A DNA stretch of 64,000 nt from Octopus sinensis. Its lineage: Eukaryota. The notes beneath the pieces are model-generated. The model was not told where the DNA came from, made no database searches, and was given only the letters and a program-made list of their open reading frames with translations. The position numbers and the translations under genes are program-made. Where the stretch lies: contig NC_042999.1 of the NCBI RefSeq assembly GCF_006345805.1, forward strand, positions 76,384,001 through 76,448,000. Direction: 5' to 3'. This document shows, one piece after another, positions 1 to 12,592 of this stretch. The first letter of the stretch is position 1, and every line of letters begins with the position of its first letter.

Positions 1-508
1 CTAGCCCCCACTTTTCTCAGATTCCAACGTAGCACTCATGCTACCTGGTCGTGTTGCCACAACTTGTAGTGGATTTGGCAAGTCTAAGGCATTTGTTCGT
101 GATATTGGCAATGGTTTCACTCACTCTACTGCAGATGCGTAACAGCAGAGACACTTGCTCATTCTTCAGGTTGACCCTCCAGTTCATGGCCAGAGTTTGG
201 TCCTGCGCTGCCAGTATAGTACTCTCGGTCTCATTTCCAGAGTTCCTTTCATCAGCCAATCACACCAAGTTTTTCCAGTAACTCTGCTGTGGATACATGG
301 AACTGATTGTGTTGTCCCTTGTTGCGTAGTTCTTCCTTTGTTTTCCCTTTTTTCTGACCATGTAATTCCATGAGAGTAGGGTTTCATCTCTCTCGTTGGC
401 TGTTCGTGATCGGAATTCATGAGCACTCTCAAGTCCTTTTTGATAAATCCTTCTGCATTAGCAGCATATTGTAGGTGTTGTTTGCTGGTTACCAAATATT
501 CAGACATA
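1..508 (-). mobile_element. Decayed RLE-type (R4/Dong-like) non-LTR retrotransposon, post-RT C-terminal region; runs off the window start
   Basis: Joined minus frames give KTWCDWLMKGTLE-ETESTILAAQDQTLAMNW...RICSRVSETIANITNKC...WQHDQVA. This matches the WLxxGxLxxETExxIxAAQDQ / CRxCxxxxETxxHIxxxC / RHD motifs upstream of the restriction-like endonuclease. Frameshifted. Confidence 0.75.
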
Positions 509-537
509 GTTTGCTGGTTACCAAATATTCAGACATA
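480..537. repeat. Perfect 29-bp tandem duplication (gtttgctggttaccaaatattcagacata x2)
   Basis: Read directly: 480-508 and 509-537, at the 5' edge of the LINE remnant. Confidence 0.95.
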
Positions 538-1123
538 TACATGAGACATAGTATTTCAAAATCTTCATTGTCTAAAACTACATTGTTTTTCATGAGGTGC
601 AAACTGAGGGACATGTAACACCTATTTGTGGCAGGCTAAATCGCTCTGCATTGTTTAACGTCCACATTACTTATGAAGATAGGGTGTGCTTTACGGGAGA
701 TATGACTGCTATTGTTAGAGAGTTCGTTTTACAATTTTCTAACATTGGGAACTTATCAAAATAAGTTCCATCAACTGGTATTAGTATCCATTTAATCGAT
801 GGTGCACTCCCACGAAAATGTGTGGCCGTTAGCCAATATTACATATCAGCTATTTATCGGACTTTTTTCTTCTCGAGACATATCTTGTTATATGTCCTAG
901 ATTTTTATTTAGAAGGAAATTGTTATTTGTTTGTGCTTTGTGTTTTCTTTGGTTGCCTGTTTTTTTTTTTGTTCTTTTTCTAAATATCTCATTAGAATCA
1001 ACAATGGTGAAAGCAAGAAGGAAAAACAAACATTTTGACATATGTTGAATGTGTAACATTTACATTCCCTTGTGAAATACGGATGTCTAGCGCATCTTTA
1101 TTTCTCCTGACTGCTGATCCCCC

Positions 1124-1137
1124 CTCTCTCTCTCTCT

Positions 1138-1182
<45 letters not shown>

Positions 1183-1222
1183 ACATACATATATATATGT
1201 ATATAAGACATACATACATAGA

Positions 1223-1257
<35 letters not shown>

Positions 1258-1330
1258 CACATTCATATATATATGTATATAAGACGTACATACATACATA
1301 CATATTTATATATATATATATATAAACACA

Positions 1331-1364
<34 letters not shown>

Positions 1365-1370
1365 ACATAC

Positions 1371-1401
<31 letters not shown>

Positions 1402-1471
1402 ATAAACACATACATATATATATATATATTATATTATATATATATATAAGACATACATACATACATATATA
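1124..1471. repeat. Compound (TC)n/(CA)n/(TA)n microsatellite
   Basis: Direct sequence. Confidence 0.95.
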
Positions 1472-1787
1472 TAACCACATAACCACTTCTTACTCCGATT
1501 CTTTTACTTCATTTTCTCCGCCATTCTATATTATATCATATCTAACATTCTGTATCCCTTCCACTCTTCACAGACATTCTTCGTATGTCGTATGTTTGCT
1601 TCTCTTCTTGTTTTCCCGTTTGTTTCTTTTCAACATACTTTGGCTTTGCTACAGTTGTTGTTTTCTTCTTTCAAGCATCTGGTATTTTTCTCTATTTATT
1701 GAATTGATTTTTTCCTTTTGCTTTTACATTCGCCATATTTATCTCTGTGTGTTTGTCTCTGTCTGTCTGTCTGTCTGTCTGTTTCTC

Positions 1788-1823
<36 letters not shown>

Positions 1824-2559
1824 CTCTCTCTCTCGTTCTGTCACATCTACTCTCTCTTATTAATTCATCTCATGTCCAATCATAAACCTATTTCTCCTTG
1901 TACTTCTTATTTCTTCGGTTTTTTTTTCGTTGTATTTTTATGCAAACCTTATATTTCTTTCACTCATCCGTTTTTTCATATTTACAGTCGGAGCTTCTTC
2001 ATCATCACCTACACTTCTACATCATCTCCACTTCCTTTCAGTTGATTCATATCCTGATCTGTCCCATTTGTGTGTGTGTGTGTGGTGTGTGTGTTGTGTG
2101 TAATTTTATTCGACTCTCCTTCTCGAGACAGATATCGACACGTAACCATATGCAACACCAAAATTATGATAAACACCAACCCCAAAGATGTGGAATAAAC
2201 TATGACCTCTGACACTTGCAATAGTGCTATCGTACAATTTACGCAAGAGAAACAACCACAATGAAACCTAATAGCTAGATGATATTAAAATAGATTAGCG
2301 TTCAAGAGAAGGAGCTTCTATATGGTCGCACAACTAGCTAGAAAGAACAGACATATCCTACCGTTTAAGAAAATACAAACTGAGTAATGCAGCGGTCCTT
2401 GGCTCTATTTAGACAGGTAAAAAAGGTTATGGTCACTTCTGGAGTGTCTTTGATTTTAAATCTGTTAATCTGTGATTAAACAACGACCCAACCATCAACA
2501 ACAGAAGATTATGGATGGTGAAATTTATAAATCAATCTAGCACGGATAAATCTTGTTGC

Positions 2560-2790
2560 GAAGGCTGAATTCACATACTTACCAGATTGCTTGTGTAAGG
2601 AACATATATAAGCTTTACACAAGCTGTTTAAATTAATTCTTCTGAGGGCGCTGCGTGTCCAACAAGATTATAACTGATGAGCAAACATGTGGAAAGAATG
2701 GAGAGTAAGGATGTTCCGAATAACTTTTAATTAATAAAGCTGTAATATCTAGGAAAAATACACCAGAGAAATCTTGTGAGAGTATGGCGT
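2560..2790 (+). mobile_element. Possible highly decayed RTE-like LINE C-terminal remnant
   Basis: KHVERMESKDVPN resembles the RTE GHVxRMxxxRxPK motif. Short match only. Confidence 0.3.
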
Positions 2791-2825
2791 GATTACACAA
2801 AGGCAATTGATTCTATTCTTCACTG

Positions 2826-3070
2826 ATGTTTGCTGGAATCACTGAACTTGGCAGAAGTAACTGTTGTCATTGAAATGTCACAATAAACTTCTTGACCCAA
2901 GTAATTCAAAACGCAGCGGTTATGTATGATGCTATGCATCTTTCGAAATGAATATTCCTTGGAGATAGTCACTCTTTGTGCTGCTGCAAATATTGACAGT
3001 AAACCTTTTCTTATTTCTTTGACAAAAATCCAGTGGTTATATGCTAATGCTTACAACATCCAGAAACGTA
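2826..3070 (+). mobile_element. Decayed Tc1/mariner-superfamily transposase catalytic fragment
   Basis: MFAGITELGRS...NFLTQVIQN...IFLGDSHS...FSYFFDKNP resembles VMVWAGI...FQQDSAPAH...FPDFIDK. Several stops. Confidence 0.45.
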
Positions 3071-4406
3071 GATGTAACCTTTAATATCTCTATCGACAAT
3101 CTAAAAATCTATAGGAAACAGTTGGATTTAATAACCATGTATTCAGCTCTGACTGTCATATTTTAAAGCCTGATGTATTAATTTTTTCCTATCGCTATAG
3201 TCATATTTAAGAGTTGTGCGTGGGAAAATTACCTCCCAGAGTGAAAACATTCACATCAAAGGTCTTTCTGCTTTCTTTGTTCCAAACAATGTTATAAAAT
3301 CTTTGGTTATTGATGACAATATAACTTACAATGGTGCTGAGATTAAAGATAACGTGACCTAGAGAGTTACATCAGGCTTAAAAAATATGGTAATCAATAC
3401 TTCACAATGCATTTGTAGTACGAATATTGGCGCCAGTATTTAATATAATTAATTGGATAATAAAGAGAATACGGTTTATTGATATCAAAATATGAAAATA
3501 AGTTTGACATCAATTGAAAGTTGCCATGCAGTGATATCGATAAGCGCTAATTCTGAGGAGTATACAGGAGAAGATTACATCCTGTTTAGACAGTTTTCTG
3601 CATCCAGGGTAGCACTTTGGCAAAGATTGCGAAAAACAGTAGCAAAATTAAAAACATCAATGAAATTTTCCAAACAAAGGAGTACAACAGATTGCATGTC
3701 GAGAGTGTAGTCAAGTACTCAGCATATAATGGTATTTTGTGTGATCTCAGAACTGACGCGGATATATAATAACTAGGAAGAACACACATTGCATCAATTA
3801 CTCTACAAAAATGTTATATATTAATATTTCAACTATAAATTTGAAAAAATTCTATCAATAATAGGAAATGAAACCTTTTCTATAGTTGTGGCTGTTACAT
3901 CACATTTCAATGAATAATTCCTTTTTTTTAAATTCTAATACTAATGAATGTCTATAAAATAAACGTTGACCTACAGACTACCTAAACTACCAAGATGAAA
4001 CTAAAACGTTCAGTTAAATTGCATCTCTATGTAAGATATCAGACCTATACTTAGTATAGAACTAAATAAAAGTACAACTAAATAAAAGTACAAGTCGAAT
4101 CCGAAGTAGTTGTCTGGTACAGAAAAGGAAATCAGTTAGAATTGCAGAGGTCAGCTTCGGAACAGATACGAACATTTCAATCGAAATTATCACGAATGCG
4201 AAGATTTAACAAACTTTTATATCCAAATTACACATTTACATGGTTTACTATAGCTTTTGGTGCTTTTGCGTTTGTTACTAAAGGTTTAAGTGATTAGTCT
4301 TAAATTGATGGGGGGCAGGGTCTTCAGACAGAGGAAGAAAATATAATCGAATATACTTTCTGTAAATAAGAGGAACATATTTATGATGAAGTTTGACATT
4401 TAACTG

Positions 4407-4707
4407 TGGAGGTGCAATGGCCCAATGGTTGGGGCAGCGGACTCGCTGTCGAAGGATCGCAGTTTCGATTCCCAGACCGAGCGTTGTGTGTGTCTATTGA
4501 GCGAAAACACTTAAATGGGTGGCGGCGACTCCTGTTGCACTCTTTCGCCACAACTTTCTCTCACTTTCTCTTCCTGTTGCTTGAGTAACGCTGCGATGGA
4601 CTGGCGTCCCGTCCAGCTGTGGGGAACACATACGCCACAGAAACCGGGAAACCGGGTCCATGAGCCTGGCTAGGCTTGAAAAGGGCGACGTTTATCGTTT
4701 ATTTTTT
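4407..4707 (+). mobile_element. Full-length tRNA-derived SINE with 11-bp target-site duplication
   Basis: A/B-box-like head (tggcccaatgg...gtttcgattccc), central gcgatggactggcgtcccgtccag motif and T-rich tail. TSD acatttaactg at 4396-4406 and 4708-4718. Confidence 0.9.
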
Positions 4708-5228
4708 ACATTTAACTGATGACGTTTGGTTTCTTAATAAAAAGAAAACATGTAATTCTTTAAAGAATCGATAAGAATTTTAAGGAAAGAGAGAAAACTA
4801 TGGGAAAGAAAAAATTTAACTCGATGTAGTCATACAACCTGCGAGCCTTTCTCTAAATATATGGTGACTAAAATTTTTATTCCGACTTCCTGTATCATAT
4901 AAAATATAACTACATAGCTGACACCAAAATCAGTGCAAATCAAAGTCCGCTGATTGCTGATCTCATGGTTGCTGTTTAATTTCTTTTTTTTTTTACCCAT
5001 TTTACTCTCAAATCCAAACTCCCATCACAAGCCAGCGATCTTCAAAAGGTAATCTGAAATTTTAACATATTAGTCATACATCAGTTGTGATCAAACATCA
5101 GTTGTGCTAGACCGACAGGAAGGATATAGGCACGGCCTTTCCTCTTTAAGTGAAAGAGTAGATTTACAAATCGAAAATATTCATATGTAGGGAACTGTGC
5201 GTGTATGTATTTGTGTAAATATAGGTTC

Positions 5229-5265
<37 letters not shown>

Positions 5266-5902
5266 ATATATATGCGTGCGTGTTCAGTGTATATGAATAT
5301 TTTATCGAAGCATAAATTCGTTCCGATTAAGATAGCATATACAAATTTGCTTCGTATTATATGGTTATAATACTATTATCATAGCTTTAAAAGCTTTAAT
5401 ATTTTTATTTTCAGTGAAAAATACTTCGATTTTACAGGGGCTAAGATATGGACTGTGAGGTAAATGCACTCACGTGTGTACGCACGCGCGTATGTGTGTG
5501 TGAGTGCTTGTGTTTGCGTATGTGTGCAAATACGAGTGCAGGCATAACTTCTTTACGCAAACACATCGTTCCAGAATGTGTCTTTATCAAAACCTTCGGT
5601 TGACTATTGTCATGTGAGTGAAATTTTGTCGACACAAACTGTGCGTATACAGTCATCAACATTTCTCTCTTTACTTCTGTATTTTATGCTCGCGTGTGTA
5701 TATGTTTACGTCAGCGTGGCGTGAACAAAATTGCTATATTGTTAGGTTGACCTATAACTCTCTCTTTTTGCAAAAGCGGTAAGATCAATAAAATTAGTAC
5801 TAAAGTAACAGAGTAACAGCCTAGAAGCCGATGATTCCAAAAGTTCGTGTAATTACTGGACCAAAAAATAAAAGATATACATAGACAAACAGCCAGATAA
5901 AT

Positions 5903-5933
<31 letters not shown>

Positions 5934-6036
5934 TTGATTGATTGATCGATTAAGTGAGTGAGTCATACAGGAGTATTCAATTCTAATAATTCTGTTTACA
6001 TAATATGTAAGATGAGATTAAAATATTATTTTCAAC

Positions 6037-6190
6037 TCTATGCACAAGGCCCGAAATTTTGGGGAAGGGGGAACAGTCGATTAGATCGACCGCAGTACGC
6101 AACTGGTACTTAATTTATCGACCCCGAAAGGATGAAAGGCAAAGTCGACCTCAGCGAAATTTGAACTCAGAACGTTAAAACAGACGAATG
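6037..6190 (-). mobile_element. SINE family A, partial
   Basis: Contains ttatcgaccccgaaaggatgaaaggcaaagtcgacc, shared with about ten copies in the window. Confidence 0.85.
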
Positions 6191-7194
6191 AAATTAACAT
6201 ATTCTAAGAATTCTAATAATTATGAGCCTTTTTAGATCAGGTTTCATTGGAGTTCATCATTTTGATATGTTGCTGAAGTGAACAATTTATTTCAGGCACT
6301 TATTAGTGAATGTTCTTATAAGCTTTCACCATATAACACCACAGTATCTTCTATATCAAAGTTTAAATAGAATTTAAAACCATTACTAATTCGCAGATAC
6401 AAAAAGTAAAATTGAAGACTGGTAGTTGACGAAAAAATAAAAAAATATTTGCACTTGGACTTGAACAATCCGCCAAGAAATTCATACAGAGCTTTCCGGT
6501 AGCATTGGACACAATTCTATGACTAAAGTCTTGTATTTTTCAGACACTTTACATTAATAAAGAGTTTGAGACGAGATTATAGATATATTAAAGCAAGATT
6601 GTAGATATACTACTATAATAATTATATACGATATCCCAGGAAGATTGTCGTTAGACATTTGAATTATATTTTCCGTAAATATTAATAAGTTCTATTAAAA
6701 GTAAAATATTCTGCTAAATAATACAAATTTACGGCTAATATGCCATTGATTTTCCCTTCAATTCTTATCCATTTTTATCTTTCAATTTGGTTTCGGTATA
6801 TCTATATCTTACTAACTAATAGCAATCTATTCTAGACTTTTAATGTTGCCAGGAAAAGCAAATTGGAACAAATGTTATTACATTGCCGGCATAAAGGTCA
6901 CATGCAAAGGTCAATAGCATTTTCGTGGATGGGAGCTACAAAATTGATATGCGAGAGTCTCTTACATCAGAAGGTAGGCGGGCAACATTCCATTGTGAAT
7001 GCACAGGAGATAAGATGTAAGGGTAGGGTATTTGCGAGGTGTGACCTTACATTGATATGGTTTACATTGTCTAACATCTGCACATCCTAACTGAAACGTG
7101 TAGTTAAGCTTAACAGGAAGCTAGATATGATATATTAAGTTTGACAGGCTGACAGATAGGCAGAGTTAGCCTGTTGATGTGAGCGTATGTATGA

Positions 7195-7197
<3 letters not shown>

Positions 7198-7241
<44 letters not shown>

Positions 7242-7417
7242 CGTGCGCGCGTGTGTGTGTGTGTGACTGCATTTTGTAGATGTAAGATGGTGAAGAATAG
7301 GATATATAGATATATATACATCTATATAAATATATATGTGTATCTGTATATATATATATATATATATATGTGGTGTTTCATGTTCTTGTCCATGTCTGTA
7401 ATTATTTTTACTGTTTA

Positions 7418-7460
<43 letters not shown>
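7198..7460. repeat. (GT)n and (TA)n microsatellites
   Basis: Direct sequence. Confidence 0.95.
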
Positions 7461-7462
<2 letters not shown>

Positions 7463-8343
7463 GTTAATGAATGTATTTTAAATTAAACAAATTAAGTTAA
7501 AATAAGAACCGTAATGAACAAGTGAAGAACATATATATAATGCGCGTGTTTATTTGGCAAAAAATGTAACCATCGCGAAATATAACAATCAATGTATATA
7601 TATATATATGTATGTATATTATATGTATGTATGTATTTATAACACCTTTTTGGGGGTTGGTTTGCAAGAAACTTGTTGCATCTCAAAAGGGGCAGTAGTC
7701 CAATAAATACATGCACCGATATTATTTCATTTCTCTGCTATTCATTTGTCAATTTGTTAAATATTTAACCACTAAATTAATCTTTTAGCTAGTCAATCAA
7801 TTAGTTAGGCTTTTTTTAAGTAACAGAACTGAAGCAGGCCAGCAACAGTGGGTGCATGTCGTCGATGAGGTTGTCGATGGCAACGAAGACTTTGACAAAT
7901 GTGGCTGCTAAGTAGATTAACTGAACAATTAACTAGACAATTAACTATTAGGTAATTGGTTAAATAGCTAACGAACTGAGAAATAATGAAGAAGAGAATT
8001 GGAATTAATGTTTGTCTCTATTATTTGCGTAATGACCCTCACTTAATATAACTATGTCTATTATGTAACGTATATTTTGTATTTATATTGTGGTATTATG
8101 TAATGCATAGGTAATATACACTGAATATAATGATACATATTTTATATTTATGCTTTGTATGATATATACAATGTATCGTATATCTTTATACATATAATTC
8201 ACACACTCATTATATTTGAATGAGTACGTGTACATACGAGTTCTGATCAAGGACTGTTGGTATAGTAACGAAGATAAAGCATGGAAAGTGAAGCTACTTG
8301 ACACAGATTGACCTTGAACTCTACTGTGCATGTGCACTAAGTT

Positions 8344-8429
8344 TTAACGTTCTAGCTCACTTCAACTGTTTACAACAGTGCTTTCTTCCTAGCACTGATG
8401 TAAACAGCGAAAGCAAGCTAGAACATTAA
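8344..8429 (-). ncRNA. Candidate pre-miRNA-like hairpin
   Basis: 8349-8382 pairs in register with 8391-8424 around an 8-nt loop: 28/34 Watson-Crick, 32/34 on the minus strand with G-U pairs. Pairing extends to 8344/8429. Confidence 0.45.
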
Positions 8430-8911
8430 GACATGCAAAGCAGAGTTCAAAGTCAATTTGTGCCAAGCGGTGACACTCTACGTGCTTTAAGTTTGTTACT
8501 ATGACAACAGTCCGGATACTTATTGATCAGACATCGTATATAATTATGTATATGCGTGCGTGTGTGGAAATACTGTTGTCGGCATAGTGATATGACAGGC
8601 ATAAATCTATGTAAACATACACATACTTCCAGTATATATTGTTACTAAAATCTTGTTCGGAGGTTTTGATTACAGCTAGAGCATAGATACATGACAGACA
8701 ACAAATTGAATGCGAATTGATTAAGGGCATTATAATTATCGAAATGCCCTCCTTTACGAAACTGAAATTTTACTTTTACCGTTTGAGGAATAAGTCCTGT
8801 CTCCGTTTTCCGATATTAAGAGCAATATTTTCTTTTTTTATTAGTAATGGTTATATACAACTGACGTGAGTACAGTATATTACTAACTCTTAATATACCG
8901 ACACCTAGGAA

Positions 8912-9128
8912 AGTGGCGATGTAGCAGAATCTTTACGGCGCCGGAAAAAATGCTTATCAGTATTTCATCCGTTTTTACGTTCTGAGTTCAAATTCCACCG
9001 AGGTCGATTTTTGCGTTTCATCCTTACTGGGCCGATAGAATAAGAACCAACTGGACACGGGGTCGCTGTAATCGACATACCCACTACCCGTAATTAATGG
9101 CCTTGTGCCTAAATTAGAAACCAATATA
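8912..9128 (+). mobile_element. SINE family A
   Basis: ggcgatgtagcagaatc...gttctgagttcaaattccaccgaggtcg...ccttgtgcctaaattagaaacc. Confidence 0.85.
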
Positions 9129-9746
9129 TCGTCACCAAGGAATGAAAGACAGGTGAAGTTGACCTTTCTCCAAACAGTAGTAAATTTTCTACCACGGTCT
9201 GATAGTTTGCTTTTCTTTCAAGTATCTTTCTGACTAGGTAAAGTTTCCTACATTTTATATTAGAGTATTAATATCATGAGTATTAAAAAGTTTAAATACA
9301 ACTGTAGGGCATTAATCATGAAAGTGAAGCCAGCATGTACCAACTATGACTCGAAACCGAGCAGCAATCTCAACTAGCCGCAAGATTACCACTTCCTCTA
9401 CGGTATTTGACATTTATCCCATTACGATAATATCAATGCTTGCGAGGTAAAGTAGAAAGAGAGAAATGTAAGAAATATCCATCTGAGAAACTATGATTCA
9501 GAATTTTGGCATGTGGTTCACGATAGAAATATCCACATTGTAGCGTCTAGGTTGTTTTCATCATAAGAATGTCTCACGAGTGATATTCAGAAATGAAAAT
9601 GTTGGCAGCTATCGTATTATACTGGCATATTCACTGAAATCGATATACGCGCATGTGCGCATGCTTGTATGCGTGTGTTTGCATCCATATGCATATGCGT
9701 GTTCGGTTGCGTGTGTATGTATGTAATTTCCTCTGTGTGTGTGTAT

Positions 9747-9812
<66 letters not shown>

Positions 9813-10304
9813 ATAGAATTTTGGGAGGAAATATAATGATGAAAACATTTATTTCGGCTCTAAATGGGAGAAGTATATGTGTCTGAACCTATGCAATTCA
9901 CAATTGGCTTCGTCTGCATTTATCTCTGACACAGAATCATTTTATGTGCCATTAACTTCTGGGACAGTTTTCCCTGATCGAACAAATTTAGACGTTTTTA
10001 TATAGAAGAGTTTCCTGGAGCAGAAATATTCATTGAATCTGAAGATACAAAGTTTTCATTAACATAGATGAGTGTGTATACTTGCGTGTTAACGTACACA
10101 CACAGACACACACATACTCACACACACACATGTACACACATTCGTTCCAAGAATACGCTCTTTGAATGTATAAACGTATAAACAACACATACTAAAATCA
10201 CATATAAAACCAAACAAATAAATTTACATTAATGTTATCGCAAATTTTATTTCCCCTTTTTAAAATTATCATTCGATGTTACTATCGTATTGAGACGAAC
10301 TTAC

Positions 10305-10463
10305 TTTTAGCATTTTCTCCAAATGAGTTATTTCTTCCAAATTTGTAAGCTTTCGCCGAACCACGACCTGCAGCACCGTTTTGGTCACCAGCTGTGGCCA
10401 GCTCACATCATTTACGATTACAATGCCTTTGGCAAAGCTACCACTTAATATCATAACACACCA
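10305..10463 (-). other. Candidate 159-nt phase-0 exon (WCVMILSGSFAKGIVIVNDVSWPQLVTKTVLQVVVRRKLTNLEEITHLEKMLK); may instead be a transposase remnant
   Basis: Minus-strand acceptor ttcacag| at 10463 and perfect donor AAA|GTAAGT after 10305. One open frame. No homolog recognised. Confidence 0.3.
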
Positions 10464-10584
10464 CTGTGAACATATACAGCAATTTTAACTAATCCAACAA
10501 ATAATTAATAATATCATGCATATGTGTGTACATGCAAGCACATACATACTAGCCAACTAACACAGACACGCATACATACATATA

Positions 10585-10618
<34 letters not shown>

Positions 10619-10759
10619 CGCATGTACACACACTCATATATATATATATATATGTATACACACACTTCAGCGAACATAAATCTCATCAATCTCTACACAT
10701 CTCAAATGAGGCTCAAAATGCTCCCACCTCAATGTTGTTACTCCTGTAGCACACACATA

Positions 10760-10971
10760 TACGAGGGGATGTTGAAAAGTTCCTAGCTTTAAGGACATCG
10801 CGAAAGGACTGGTTGGAGGTCCAACCTTCTGAGTTCTTTTACAGGGGTTAAGAAAACCTGAAGGACCACTGCAATAAATGTGTGGATCTGATCACCGGAA
10901 TGAGTTTATAAACTGTTTCTTATAAAAAGATAAATTGTTCCTATGTGTGGCGACTTTTGAATCACCCTGTA
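10760..10971 (+). mobile_element. Tc1/mariner-derived MITE-like element with two different TIR-type ends
   Basis: Left end TA+cgaggggatgttgaaaagttcc, internal mariner C-terminal codons (FYRG*ENLKDHCNKCVDL), right end gacttttgaatcaccctg+TA. Confidence 0.7.
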
Positions 10972-11047
10972 TACATACATACATACATACATACATACAT
11001 ACATACATACATACATACATACATACATACATACATACATACATACA
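10972..11047. repeat. (ATAC)n microsatellite
   Basis: Direct sequence. Confidence 0.97.
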
Positions 11048-11227
11048 TGTGTACATGGGTCGGACTGGGACATCAAGGCATTAACTTTCGGTTTTACATG
11101 TTTTTCAACCAGTTGCGTTCATCAATGAGGTTCTCTACTGCGACAAAGAATCTACGGTGTTCACAGCATACCCAGCAGTCTACGGGAGAAAGACGCAATT
11201 CATCCTCAATCCTACAGACATTCCGTC

Positions 11228-11309
11228 AATTCAGCAGAAACAGGATGTCATCTACTGTTATTGACTCGGAGACTTTATAGCTGCAGATGACATCCTGTTT
11301 ATATGAATT
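11228..11309. ncRNA. Candidate pre-miRNA-like hairpin
   Basis: Perfect 16-bp inverted repeat aaacaggatgtcatct/agatgacatcctgttt within a 24-bp upper stem, 15-nt loop, and 6-bp lower stem aattca/tgaatt. Confidence 0.35.
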
Positions 11310-12592
11310 CATTTCTCTGGCATTGGCACTCGTGTTCCAGTTCGACCTAACAGCTCCACATATGCGTAAGGACCAAATACAATCCCTTCAGATTACCTGC
11401 CAAAATCATTTCTATCCACAGAACAGTAGTTAATATAATTACTACTAATAAATATTTCACTAACCCGGAAAATCCAATTGACAGATATAGTGTTCTGCTG
11501 GGCGTTATGTCAATTAATTAATTATTGAAGCACTAAGTAGTGTGTTTTGCATATTTCAAATATGAATTAAAACGGTGCTACGATAGAGAAGGTCTACCGC
11601 GCTAGCCGTAGTCTACCAATCGTCACACACACACAGTCACACACACACAGAGTTACACACACACACACACACATACGACCCGATAATAAAGGCAGATCAA
11701 CATAGACCCTGAATTGTGAAACGGATCAACATGACCTGACCCGACCTGACCTGCTCTTATGGAAGAGTAATTTAGGAGTACCAAATTTAATATATTCTCC
11801 ATAATTTTAAATTGAACACGTTAGCGTTAACAATTGATACACGAAGTATTAGATATCATTAAAGGATGTAAATGTAAATAATACAGGATGCGATATGAAG
11901 TTCATATCATTAATATATGTGATACGAAGTGTATGTCATTAATATTAATAACGTAGAGGAATTGTGGCTTTTATCATAACAAAGGGCAAATTATTGAGTA
12001 ATGTAAATATCCTGTTATTATGCAACATTATATATACCACGATATAATCGATGATGTAATACAAAGTGTAGGCCATTCTTATTGTGTTATTATTCTACAT
12101 CTTTATAGAATTTCTTTACGCGATGATCATTAATAAATTCTTAATCACGATGTTGTTTTCCTATTACTATGCAGTGTAAATATCTTAGGAAAAGCACACC
12201 TTTTATTTTATCAAAAAGTTTCGGCAGATCATATACTATAGTATTTCACGTATAGAATGCTCTATGTAGATAGTACAAGAATCAGCCATCGTTTTGGTGT
12301 GCAACTGAAAACACTGGATAATTGTAAGCGAATATCTAATGAACAGAAGACAGGAATAAAGCAGACTGGTTTCAGTACTGTATTGGGCAACTATCCTACT
12401 CCAAAGTATACTAATTCACCGAGCTGTCTGTTGATCAGGATTTACGCAGATGGGATTTTCAGTCCTAGTTCAATCCTTGTTAGAAGTCAACCTATATATA
12501 CTGTATCTGTGGACAGAAACAGGCAAATAAGCATGCATGTGTATGCTTTGTGCATATGCGAGTGTGTAGGAAAATACATTTACACAAATATT

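Noticed and set aside
748-769. Perfect 9-bp hairpin ggaacttat/ataagttcc (similar 10-bp stems at 2589-2624 and 33591-33657)
   Set aside because: Too short. Stems of this size are expected by chance in 64 kb of AT-rich DNA and do not extend to miRNA-length stems.
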